Part shown: positions 29,896 through 40,702 of the stretch, in pieces | Position numbering within the stretch: the stretch's first letter is position 1 | Layout of the letters: the number at the start of each line of letters is the position of its first letter | Assembly: GCA_900315705.1 (NCBI GenBank) | Contig: ONAB01000005.1 | Span: 48,510-112,509, forward strand | DNA: 64,000 bases | Direction: 5' to 3' | Origin: an uncultured Bacteroidales bacterium | Lineage (GTDB): Bacteria > Bacteroidota > Bacteroidia > Bacteroidales > WCHB1-69 | Made by a program: the position numbers and the translations under genes | The notes under the pieces: model-generated | Databases searched by the model: none | What the model was told of the DNA's origin: nothing | What the model saw: only the letters and a program-made list of their open reading frames with translations

Positions 29896-31503
29896 CTACT
29901 TCTTCGCGGCCTGTTGTTTCTTCATACGACGGCTGAGGGTCTGGATGCACTCGCGGGTCGGGATGATGACGGAGACGCCTTCGTACTCGAGTTCCTTCTT
30001 GATGAGGGCAACGTTCTCAGCGTGATGAGGCTTCAGCGGGGTGATGCGGTGGATGTGTTCCTCCTTGACGCCGAGGCCCTTGCAAATCTCGCCGAGCACG
30101 CCGAGAGCGTGGGAATCCTGGCCACCGGTCATACCCGTGGTACTGTTGTCGAGAATCATCACCGTGACCGGCGTGTTCTCGTAGATGCAGTCGAGCAGGG
30201 AGGTCATACCGCTGTGGGTGAAGGTGGAGTCGCCAATGACAGCCATCACCGGGCGGAGGCCGGCGTCAGCGGCACCCTTCGCCATCGTGATGGAGGCGCC
30301 CATATCGACGGTGGTGTAGATAGCCTTGTAGGGAGGCAGCGCGCCGAGGGTGTAGCAACCGATGTCTGCAAACACCTTGCCTGCGCCGTATTCGGCCATA
30401 GCCTCGTTGATGGCGAGGTAGGAGTCGATGTGCGGGCAACCCACGCAAAGGGCGGGCGGACGGGGAACCACCAGTTCCGGGACGGGAGCACCGTAAGTGT
30501 CGGGCAGGCCGAGGGCCTTGGCCACGAGGTTCGGGTTGAGCTCGCCATCACGCGGCAGCGCGCCGGAGAGACGGCCGATGATGTTGCCGGTGCGGTTCAG
30601 CAGACCACGCACCTGCTCCTCGATGAAGGGATAACCCTCTTCGGCCACCAATACAGTCTCGCACTCGTCCACCATCTTGGCCACGAGCTTGGAAGGAACC
30701 GGGTATTGGGCAATCTTCAGCACCGGATAGGGGCACTTATGACCTTCAAAATTCTCCATCAGGTAGTTATAGGCAATACCGGAGGCGATGATACCGAACT
30801 TCTTGTCGGCACCATCAATATATTTGTTGAACGGAGAGTTCACAGACTCCTCCTCGAAAGCGTCCTGCTTGCCGAGCAGCGTGCGGTAATGCACACGGGC
30901 GTTGGCGGGCAGAAGGATGAACTGTTTCGGATTCTCCTCGATGTGCAGCGGGTTCTGCGGACGGGCCTCACGGCGTTCCACACCGGCACGGGAGTGCGAC
31001 AGGCGCGTGGTGAGACGAATCAGCACGGGCGTGCGGTATTTCTCCGAATAGTCGAAGGCGGCATACGTGATGTCGTAGGCCTCCTGCTGATTGGAGGGCT
31101 CAAACGAGGGAATGAGCGCGAACTTGGCATAGTAGCGGGAGTCCTGCTCGTCCTGCGAAGAGTGCATCGAGGGGTCGTCGGCCACCACCACCACCAGACC
31201 GCCGTTGGCGCCGGTGATGGAAGAGTTCATAAAGGGGTCGGCGGCCACGTTCAGACCCACGTGCTTCATACAGACCATCGCACGCTTGCCGGCGTATGAC
31301 ATACCGATGGCAGACTCCATAGCGGTCTTCTCATTGCCAGCCCAGATGCTGTGCACCTGGCCTTCCTTGCCTTGTTTAGAGTTTTGGATGAATTCCGTGA
31401 TTTCGGTGGAGGGAGTGCCCGGATAGGCGTACACTCCAGACAAGCCGGCGTCCAATGCAGCCTGGGCAACGGCTTCGTCTCCTAAGAATAATGTTTTAGA
31501 CAT
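29896..31503 (-). CDS. iorA: indolepyruvate ferredoxin oxidoreductase subunit alpha
   Basis: 535 aa with a TPP-dependent N-terminus (GDEAVAQAALDAGLSGVYAYPGTPSTEI) and a C-terminal Cys-rich ferredoxin-like segment. Confidence 0.9.
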   Translation of the reverse strand: MSKTLFLGDEAVAQAALDAGLSGVYAYPGTPSTEITEFIQNSKQGKEGQVHSIWAGNEKTAMESAIGMSYAGKRAMVCMKHVGLNVAADPFMNSSITGANGGLVVVVADDPSMHSSQDEQDSRYYAKFALIPSFEPSNQQEAYDITYAAFDYSEKYRTPVLIRLTTRLSHSRAGVERREARPQNPLHIEENPKQFILLPANARVHYRTLLGKQDAFEEESVNSPFNKYIDGADKKFGIIASGIAYNYLMENFEGHKCPYPVLKIAQYPVPSKLVAKMVDECETVLVAEEGYPFIEEQVRGLLNRTGNIIGRLSGALPRDGELNPNLVAKALGLPDTYGAPVPELVVPRPPALCVGCPHIDSYLAINEAMAEYGAGKVFADIGCYTLGALPPYKAIYTTVDMGASITMAKGAADAGLRPVMAVIGDSTFTHSGMTSLLDCIYENTPVTVMILDNSTTGMTGGQDSHALGVLGEICKGLGVKEEHIHRITPLKPHHAENVALIKKELEYEGVSVIIPTRECIQTLSRRMKKQQAAKK

Positions 31504-31647
31504 AAAGAATTATTTTTATTTAATCTATTGATTAGTAATTATTTATAAAATTTTCAACACACAACAAGCACCCTCCGGAGACCCGCTCCCGAGGGGTTTT
31601 GAATTTGTCTGCAAAAATAATAAAAATATTGTATGGTTGGGTGTCTT

Positions 31648-32415
31648 TTATTTTAGTTTTCCCAACCTGATTCCAACTTTGACATAACCATTATGCAAGT
31701 TCGACTTTTTCCTAATATGAAACAACGCATACCCTGCTGTCACTGTGGCTCTCTTGAACTCGAATCCAAGCCCTCCGTGTACGCGGAATATGGTCATAGT
31801 CGGAAAATCATAGGCAACACCTTCATAATAGAATGGTTGGCCCAAACGCGAAAGGAAATTCGCTCCTAGAGCGCCCTCTATATAAGGATGGAAGACGGAG
31901 CTCTTCGTCGGAAAGAAACCGCGAAAATCAAACATCAACGGGAAAGAAGCCATATCAAAGCCCGCCATTCCTGACGAAGGTGACAGAAACAATGCATCTA
32001 TGCCTGACTGTACCCCCAGAAAGATGTCTTCATTCATACGGAATCCCAAAGTCACATTCATTATCGGGCCGGCCTCGTCTTTAGCGAAAATGCAACCTGC
32101 GTCCACATAAACATTGAACCGTGCCGAATCCACATTGCCACGACGTTTTACCGGACTTTGCACACTGGATTCCGAAGCCGGCTGGGTGAAAACATCTTTG
32201 TTCCCATTGGCATATACAATATAAAAAACATCCTTCTTGGCAATCTGATAAGAGGGGCCATCCTGATTGTCCCATTTCTTATAGATAATATCATCAATGC
32301 CAACTTGAAGCACCTTGGCCTGAATCTCGTCGGCATTCCGCAAGACGATGACATCCTGGGCGGAGAGCGACATCAAACCGAACACAAGCATTAGAACAGT
32401 GAGAATTCTTTTCAT
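31648..32415 (-). CDS. hypothetical secreted / outer-membrane protein
   Basis: Signal peptide MKRILTVLMLVFGLMSLSAQ. The C-terminal half is rich in G/F/Y and alternates in a beta-barrel-like way. A TATATTTG box lies 25 nt upstream. Confidence 0.6.
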   Translation of the reverse strand: MKRILTVLMLVFGLMSLSAQDVIVLRNADEIQAKVLQVGIDDIIYKKWDNQDGPSYQIAKKDVFYIVYANGNKDVFTQPASESSVQSPVKRRGNVDSARFNVYVDAGCIFAKDEAGPIMNVTLGFRMNEDIFLGVQSGIDALFLSPSSGMAGFDMASFPLMFDFRGFFPTKSSVFHPYIEGALGANFLSRLGQPFYYEGVAYDFPTMTIFRVHGGLGFEFKRATVTAGYALFHIRKKSNLHNGYVKVGIRLGKLK

Positions 32416-32515
32416 ACCTTGATCGAAATAAATTTTTGCAAATATAGCATTTTTAAAACATCATAGGAAAAAAATATTACTGCCAAAATGTCAGCAACGG
32501 CAGACGATTTTTTTT

Positions 32516-32531
32516 TGGCACAATTATTGTT
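32516..32531 (+). promoter_or_regulatory. sigma-54-like element (TGGCAC-N5-TTGTT) upstream of dnaK
   Basis: The -24 half is perfect, but the -12 half has GT instead of GC. It lies 71 nt upstream of the dnaK ATG, similar to the groES spacing. Confidence 0.3.
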
Positions 32532-32601
32532 ACATAGGCACGTCGGCCGTGGTTGGCCGAAAAGTAATTAGCAATTAATAACAATTAAAATAAAAACAAC
32601 T

Positions 32602-34536
<1,935 letters not shown>

Positions 34537-34589
34537 TCTCTCCCCTATAGAGACGCGGCACGCCGCGTCTCTACCCATTATCCCCCAAA

Positions 34590-34625
34590 ACGGGTGCTGA
34601 AACCAATCGGCACCCGTTTTTTTTT
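34590..34625 (+). terminator. intrinsic terminator after dnaK
   Basis: Stem ACGGGTGC/GCACCCGT followed by T9-10. It is preceded by a second perfect 11-bp hairpin at 34549-34572. Confidence 0.85.
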
Positions 34626-34694
34626 ATATTCGAAAAAAGGTTGAGTTGTTCAATGGGCTGCCATAAGCCGACTTTCCTGTCATTCCAATGAAAG

Positions 34695-35192
34695 TCACTC
34701 CCCTATCAACTTCTCCAGCACCGCATCCCAATTCGGGTACTTCGCGGAGCCGAAATGGATCAGCTCGCCCGTGAACTTGCCAGCGCCGTTTCTTTCATTA
34801 TTGTCGTCGATGAGGTAGTCGCCGTGGCAGAGATCCTTGTGGTGCGTTAGTATGAGGCGCTTGTAAAAGACATCGTCCTTTTCGCCACCGAAGTGGTCCT
34901 TCACCCATTGGAGTTTGTCGTTGCAGGCCGTGGGGTTCTTCCACGGGGCGGTGGAGAGAATATACACATCGTACTTCTCCGCCAGTTTGTGCACGGCCTC
35001 GATGGCGCCCTTCACAGGCTCCATCTTGGCGAAGATTCCGGGCACATCGTCGTAATGCGCCTTGTGCTTGGTGCCGTCAGGGTCGTAATACTCGCCATAT
35101 TCTTGTTTTTCTGCCTCGCTCAGCTTGTTGATACCGGACTGGAAATCGACGAGCACGTCGTCCATATCGAAAAAGAGGATGGGTTTGGTCAT
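34695..35192 (-). CDS. 5'(3')-deoxyribonucleotidase (NT5C-type HAD)
   Basis: FFDMDDVLVDF HAD motif I. At 165 aa its size is typical of NT5C. Confidence 0.75.
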   Translation of the reverse strand: MTKPILFFDMDDVLVDFQSGINKLSEAEKQEYGEYYDPDGTKHKAHYDDVPGIFAKMEPVKGAIEAVHKLAEKYDVYILSTAPWKNPTACNDKLQWVKDHFGGEKDDVFYKRLILTHHKDLCHGDYLIDDNNERNGAGKFTGELIHFGSAKYPNWDAVLEKLIGE

Positions 35193-36031
35193 ATCATTTG
35201 GATTTTTGTGAATTCTTCGTAGTTGCGTAGATCTCTCGGACTACAATAGACGGCAAATTCGACGGTTCTGAAGTGGTTCAGGAATTGTGGCAGTGCTTGT
35301 TGGTAGGCGGCGGCCACCACTGCGGGGTCGTTGCGGAACGCACCGCAGCCGAACGCACCGAGTATCAGCACCTCAGCCCCGTTCGCGGCGGCGGCGGAAA
35401 GGATTTTGCGGGCGCGTTTCAAGTGCAACTCCAAAAGTCTTTCCGGACTGATATGCACCGCCTCGCCGTCGTTCCGATTGTATCGGTTGGAAGGGCTTTC
35501 CCGCAGATTGGGGGCGGCGCAGGTAATCACATCCACGCGGAACGGCGAGGACAGGACATTATAGTCATCGTCTTTCAGTACCACCACGTCTTGGGTGTAG
35601 ATAATGTCGTCGTTGTGGAGCGGGTTGGGCGCAGCACGGTGCGGACCGTAGAATTTGTCCCACGCCATTCGGGTTTTCAGGCACGGGTAGAGGGTTGACA
35701 CGCGGCAGAGGCACTCCTCCTGCGCCGAGGCACCGGTCGCCACCCCGCCGCCGGGAGAGGTGGAGGAGGCGAAGTTCAGCACCGCCACCTTTTGTCCGGG
35801 GTATCTTGCCGCCGCCTCGAAAGAGCGCAGACGGCTCACCACCACCTGCACTTTTTCGGTATAGGAGGGTGCAGGAAGGTTTATTTGGTCGGCATCGCCG
35901 ATATACTGCTGGGAGGCGATGCTTTGGTTGACAGCTGCTTGCAACTCCTGGCTGTTGCCAATCCGCTGCAGGGTGTCGTTGAACACGGCCACCAACTGTC
36001 TTTTACGGTCGAAATAGGATAAGTTTGTCAT
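35189..36031 (-). CDS. bacterial-type poly(ADP-ribose) glycohydrolase-like protein (TIGR02452/DUF2263 macrodomain)
   Basis: Start at ATG 36029-36031. The PARG signature GGG-X7-QEE is present (SPGGGVATGASAQEE). The stop overlaps the NT5C start (ATGA at 35189-35192). Confidence 0.75.
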   Translation of the reverse strand: MTNLSYFDRKRQLVAVFNDTLQRIGNSQELQAAVNQSIASQQYIGDADQINLPAPSYTEKVQVVVSRLRSFEAAARYPGQKVAVLNFASSTSPGGGVATGASAQEECLCRVSTLYPCLKTRMAWDKFYGPHRAAPNPLHNDDIIYTQDVVVLKDDDYNVLSSPFRVDVITCAAPNLRESPSNRYNRNDGEAVHISPERLLELHLKRARKILSAAAANGAEVLILGAFGCGAFRNDPAVVAAAYQQALPQFLNHFRTVEFAVYCSPRDLRNYEEFTKIQMI

Positions 36032-36041
36032 AATCGAGTTT

Positions 36042-36524
36042 TTAGGCGGCAAAGTTGTAGAGCCCGCCGAAGAGGTAGGCATGGATCTGTTGGAGGCATT
36101 CCACCGTGCCGGGCTTCATACTGTCGAGGATGCCGTTCTCAAACAGCGTGTAGGCCTTCTTCTTACTCTGACCGTCGATGGTGTTGTCGCTATAGACGAA
36201 CCAGTCGAGGAAGGCGCTTGCGCGGTTGTTGGGATAGTTTTTGGCCAAGGTCTGAACACATTGGGCGTCCAAAGCATCGGCGGCACGTTGCTTCCCGTCG
36301 GGAGCCATGAATTTGAAGTGGTTAGTGACACTAACCAGTTGGACACCATCTTTGGCCATCTTGCCTTTCAGGTATTTCCAATAGTTGCGGCCTTTCGTGT
36401 AGTCTTCCTCGTCGTTAATGGCGCGCACGATATCCGTGGCCGAGAACCACCATTTGGAGTTCTCCTCATCCCAAACCGCACGAACCACGTGATCATTGTA
36501 GAATATTATAGATTTCTTGCTCAT
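36042..36524 (-). pseudogene. BRO-N/antirepressor-like domain fused to the first helices of a Fic domain, 3'-truncated
   Basis: VRAVWDEENSKWWFSATDIVRAI is BRO-N-like. The ORF ends ...QQIHAYLFGGLYNFAA*, inside the conserved lH..lF..lY.fAG segment and before any HxFx(D/E)GNGR Fic motif. Confidence 0.45.
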
Positions 36525-36935
36525 AACACTGTAATAATTTGGTGGCAAAGATACATCGAATATTCGAATTTGTCAAGGGATTGGCGTTTTTTTATTCCTT
36601 GCTATCAATCAACATATTGCAATATTTAATTTAACAATTAAACTTTGAATAGTAAATTTTCCAGATCGAGTTTGGGAATGAAAACAGCGATGGGGCGAAA
36701 CCGCAATGGCGATGAGGTTTACGTCCCCGTGTGAGGCGCACCATTCCGCAAGGCACGAAGTGCCGAAGCGGAATCTCCACCAGTTAACCGTACAGGTCGC
36801 GAAATTCCATGTCGAATCCGTTTTTTTGATACGGGCGACAGAAGGGAGAATGGCAAAAAAAACGGAATTGTCCCTTTTAGTCTTGTAGCGGATTTCTGCT
36901 ACTCGCAAAAACCATAGTCGTGCCTAAAGAGTTCG

Positions 36936-36943
36936 TACCTTTG
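36936..36943 (+). promoter_or_regulatory. -7 box (TACCTTTG) for the transposase
   Basis: It lies 23 nt upstream of ATG 36967 and is preceded by GCTACTCGCAAAAA at 36898-36911. Confidence 0.6.
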
Positions 36944-36966
36944 TGTTGTAAACAAAAGCAAGGAGT

Positions 36967-37900
36967 ATGAACCAGTTCGATTTTTTCAAGAGATTCCCGA
37001 CAGAGAACGATGCCATAGACTTTATCGTTGAAACCAAGTACAAGAACGGATATGTATGTCCGAAATGCGGGTGTGTGCATCACAAAATATACCATCAGAA
37101 GTACAACCGCCGCAACCTTTATTGCAACAACTGCAAGAGCGAGTTTTCTGCCTTAAAAGGCACTATCTTTGAGCATACGCACTTGGACTTGCGTATGTGG
37201 TTGTTCGCCTTGAATTTGGTTTTAATCGCACGCAAGGGAATAAGCGGTTTGCAGTTGCAAAGGGAGTTGGGTATGAAGTCCTACAAGGGTGCTTTCCGTA
37301 TGCTGAACCTCATCAGACGTGCGATAGGTACGGAAACGCACAAGGACACTTTCGAGGCGATTGTGGAGATTGACGAAACCTATGTGGGCGGCAAACCCCG
37401 CAAAGAGAACACTCACAAGGAAAAAAAGACCAAGAAAAGCAAGAGAGGTCGTGGGACTAACAAAACACCCGTTGTCGGTGTCGTGGAGCGCAGCAGCGGC
37501 AGGATTCACGCCGTTATTGCTATGCCGAACAAGGAAGGAAAGAAGTTGAGCGGCAAGCAACTGCTTTCAATCTTGGACGAGATGTGCAGGAAGAACACTA
37601 CCGTTATGACCGACCAACTCGCAAGTTACGGCATTTTGAACGGCAAGACGGAGAATAAGTATGTCCACGTCAAGATTGACCACAGTATGACCTACTCGTT
37701 AGGTGACGGCAAGCACACGAACACCATTGAGAGTTGCTGGGCAATACTGAAACGTGGAGTATATGGGGATATACCACCACGTTTCGGTCAAGCATTTGCA
37801 AGAGTATGTTGATGAGTTCTGCTACCGCCTCAACCACCGTGACATAGAAAGTGCGTGGACGCACTTGTTTGGATTGGGGATTCAAGAAATTGCGGCATAA
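36967..37900 (+). pseudogene. IS1595-family (ISXO2-like DDE) transposase, frameshifted near the 3' end
   Basis: It has an N-terminal zinc ribbon (CPKCGC...CNNCK) and an ISXO2-like core (IVEIDETYVGGK...). After GVYG (about 37770) the reading frame changes from 1 to 2. The conserved tail YHHVSVKHLQEYVDEFCYRLNHR is encoded in the +1 frame down to TAA 37898-37900. Confidence 0.8.
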
Positions 37901-37973
37901 TTGATATAAATAAGCATACTTGCATTTGTTGTTATAAATAAATCAAAATACGCATATTTTTGAACTATTTTTG

Positions 37974-37981
37974 TATTTTTG
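37974..37981 (+). promoter_or_regulatory. -7 box (TATTTTTG) for the R-M gene
   Basis: It lies 33 nt upstream of ATG 38015. Confidence 0.6.
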
Positions 37982-38014
37982 CAATGTGTTTTTAATACCC
38001 AAAAATTGCAAGTT

Positions 38015-40240
38015 ATGAGTGAATCTATGACCGAAAACATTTTCAGAAATTTTTACAATTCAGACCCTTTTATAGAGAAGGCGGATATACCAAAAAAGTA
38101 CGGTTTTCTTTCAAAGAGAAAGACTGGCGAAGTTGGGTATCCCGATTTTTTCAAGGAATGCGGCGATTATGTTATTGTTGTTGAAGCCAAAAGTGATGAT
38201 TTTGATTTGGCGTGCAAAGAGGTTCAATTCTACATAGAGAACAATCAACAACCAGACATTGATATGTTTGGTATAGCAATTAGCGGACAAAATGAATATG
38301 ACTACAAGGCGAGTCTTTCCATAAAAATTTCTAGAGAACCATATAAAGTGTTGATTCCAAATGGAAAACTTCAATCGTTGGATGACATCAGACAAACATA
38401 CATTAGAGAAAAATATCCCGATTTCATTGATGACAGTGAGTTGATAAAAATTTTGAAGCAGATAAACAACATTTTTCACAATGATATGAAAATCAAAGAT
38501 ACCCAAAGAAGTTTATTCTTTTCGGGTATAATGATTGCACTGTCTGACAAAACATTCAGAAATTCATATAAAAACACTTGTGAGCCTTCCAACGATGAGT
38601 TGAAAACAAAAAAATGGTTCAAATGCCATAAGTTAAACGAAATAATAGTCAATACGATTAACGACCAAATTTCCACAAAAATCAACAATTTGTCGAAAGA
38701 ATATAATTGGAAAGATTGCTTCTCGTTTATCAAAAATACGGATTATGATTTGGACAATTATAAAGCAGTCATTAAATTGATTGAAGACAAGATATTTGTC
38801 CCCTATTCATTTAACCAAAAAACAGACATTTTAGGCAAGGCATATAAAATATTTCTTTCTAAAGCGGGTAAAATTGACAATAAGAATATCATACTTACCC
38901 CCGACCACATCAAACAACTTATGGTTGAACTCGCACAACTTGAAGTCGATGACGTTTTTATTGACACGTGTACTGGGTCTGGCGGTTTTCTTATGGAGGC
39001 AATGGAAGTAATGACAAGACTTGCTTCAAATGACAATAATAAAATTGCTGATATAAAAGAAAAACAACTTATAGGTTTTGAAATTGACCCAACATTGTTC
39101 GCTTTAGCGTGCACGAATATGTTTTTGCATCAAGATGGCAGAAGCAATCTCATATATCACGACAGTTTGGTGAGTGAATCAACATATTCAGACATCTATA
39201 ATGAGATAAAACACCTTACCCCTCATAAATGTGTAATCAATCCACCTTATGAAAACAACCAACCGATAAAATTCCTTGAAACTGCGTTAAAACTTATTGA
39301 AAAGAACGGGAAAGTCATAATTATAATGCCGACACCGACATTGGTGAAAAATAAGAAAAAAGCGTTGGAATTACTTGAATATGCGACACTTGATTTTGTA
39401 ATCAAAATGCCAAACAATTTATTTGTTGAACAAGGCAGAAGCGTAAACACCTCTATATTTGGTTTTACAAAGAAAAAACACAGACCAGAGGAAGATGTCA
39501 TATTCTATAATATGGATGATGATGGTCTTGTCAGTGTGCAGCATAAAGGCAGAATTGATAAACACAACAAGTGGCGTGAAATTATTCATCCATCTGTTCG
39601 TAAAGTTTTGTGCGGCAATTCACGTACAACAGACGATAAAACAAAAATGAGACCATTATTCAAAGATGGCGAAGTCAATTTTTATGGTCACAAACCGAAT
39701 AACGGAAACACCAACTATGTGAAGTTTGGGGAATTGTTTGATTTCGGAAAAAATGGGAATGGCATAAGGGGAACTCTGCAAAGTGAAAATTCAGTTGATG
39801 GTGAGTATGATTTTATTACAGCATCGGAAGAATGGAAAACAAACGATACATATCAATATGAAAAAGACGATAGTTGTCTTGTTTATGCCGTATCAGCGGG
39901 AGGGTCGTTGGGAAGATGTCATTATGTGAAAGGTGAAAAACCATACATTGTCAGCAATTTGTGTCTGGTTCTCAAACCATTGAATGATAAAAAATATCCT
40001 ATCAATATGCTTTTCTATAGCATTTATTTGAACAAGATAAGAAAAGAAATAGTAAATGAAATAGCGGACGGGACAAGTAAACTAACGCTTAACCCCAAAG
40101 ACTTAAAGGAATATCTCATTGAATATTTTGACATTGATTATCAAAATAAGGTTGCCAGAGACTATGAAAATAAAGTGTTGAAATTAAAAGAATCGTTGTT
40201 AAAAAATATGGAAATATTTGAAAGTTCTTTACATTTTTAA
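38015..40240 (+). CDS. single-polypeptide restriction-modification enzyme (PD-ExK nuclease + N6-adenine methyltransferase + one target-recognition domain; Type IIG-like)
   Basis: The N-terminus GYPDF...VIVVEAK is an HsdR-N/PD-(D/E)xK motif. The centre has SAM motif I FIDTCTGSGGFL and motif IV NPPY. The C-terminal ~180 aa resemble a Type I HsdS TRD. The ATG at 38015 was chosen because the 37979 TTG lies in the promoter. Confidence 0.75.
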   Translation: MSESMTENIFRNFYNSDPFIEKADIPKKYGFLSKRKTGEVGYPDFFKECGDYVIVVEAKSDDFDLACKEVQFYIENNQQPDIDMFGIAISGQNEYDYKASLSIKISREPYKVLIPNGKLQSLDDIRQTYIREKYPDFIDDSELIKILKQINNIFHNDMKIKDTQRSLFFSGIMIALSDKTFRNSYKNTCEPSNDELKTKKWFKCHKLNEIIVNTINDQISTKINNLSKEYNWKDCFSFIKNTDYDLDNYKAVIKLIEDKIFVPYSFNQKTDILGKAYKIFLSKAGKIDNKNIILTPDHIKQLMVELAQLEVDDVFIDTCTGSGGFLMEAMEVMTRLASNDNNKIADIKEKQLIGFEIDPTLFALACTNMFLHQDGRSNLIYHDSLVSESTYSDIYNEIKHLTPHKCVINPPYENNQPIKFLETALKLIEKNGKVIIIMPTPTLVKNKKKALELLEYATLDFVIKMPNNLFVEQGRSVNTSIFGFTKKKHRPEEDVIFYNMDDDGLVSVQHKGRIDKHNKWREIIHPSVRKVLCGNSRTTDDKTKMRPLFKDGEVNFYGHKPNNGNTNYVKFGELFDFGKNGNGIRGTLQSENSVDGEYDFITASEEWKTNDTYQYEKDDSCLVYAVSAGGSLGRCHYVKGEKPYIVSNLCLVLKPLNDKKYPINMLFYSIYLNKIRKEIVNEIADGTSKLTLNPKDLKEYLIEYFDIDYQNKVARDYENKVLKLKESLLKNMEIFESSLHF

Positions 40241-40328
40241 TTTGTTCAGTAAGTACCTCTATAAAGACCTTTTTAATTTACAAGACTAAAAGGGATAATT
40301 CCGAAAAAAAATTCGAAACACATCACCC

Positions 40329-40640
40329 TTATTTCTTGGCCGGATGCGCGTCGGCCCAACGCACGCCTTCGAGGAAGGCTCTCCCGTATGCGCCGTGTAT
40401 CTCGTGCGGCGCAATCGCCTCGCACACCGCAATCGCCCGTCGGTCGATATGCAGCATCTCTGCGAGACGCTCGTTGCTGAGCGGTTCGCCGTTCAACTTG
40501 TAACCACCACGGAAACAAGTGACAGTGTCGTTGCCTTTCACCCACTTGTTACCCCTCATAAAGTAGTGGTACATAGTCCATCCATCGTTCTGGAAAGCCT
40601 CGTGGACAAGCATATAATTGATGTTATTGATCTTTTCCAT
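40329..40640 (-). CDS. hypothetical protein
   Basis: 103-aa GC-rich ORF with no separate promoter, so it is probably co-transcribed with the upstream chimeric gene. Confidence 0.5.
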   Translation of the reverse strand: MEKINNINYMLVHEAFQNDGWTMYHYFMRGNKWVKGNDTVTCFRGGYKLNGEPLSNERLAEMLHIDRRAIAVCEAIAPHEIHGAYGRAFLEGVRWADAHPAKK

Positions 40641-40702
40641 ATTCGATTCTGGTTGCCTTTACACCAGCAGGTTTTAAGTCGGAGATTCCGTTTGGCCGGT
40701 CG

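Larger units (their letters stand above)
36863..40303 (+). mobile_element. IS1595-family element with passenger gene (ISNha5-group-like), 3,441 bp
   Basis: IRL is CGGAATTGTCCCTTTTAGTCTTG (36863-36885). IRR is its inverted copy at 40281-40303 (22/23 identical). It is flanked by direct 8-bp AAAAAAAA (36855-36862 and 40304-40311). It contains an IS1595-type transposase and an R-M gene. Confidence 0.8.

Noticed and set aside
36800-36835. GGATTCGACATGGAATTTCGCGACC on the - strand resembles the 5' region of tmRNA (GGATTCGACGGGATTTGCGAAACC in E. coli).
   Set aside because: There is no GGGG acceptor start, no tag reading frame, no 3' tRNA-like T arm or CCA-proximal end, and the structured segment is only about 190 nt.
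36609-36908. ORFs of 99 aa (-) and 60 aa (+) in the region left of the IS.
   Set aside because: Neither has coding-like composition or motifs. The - strand ORF crosses the IS terminal repeat. The region is treated as non-coding, structured DNA instead.
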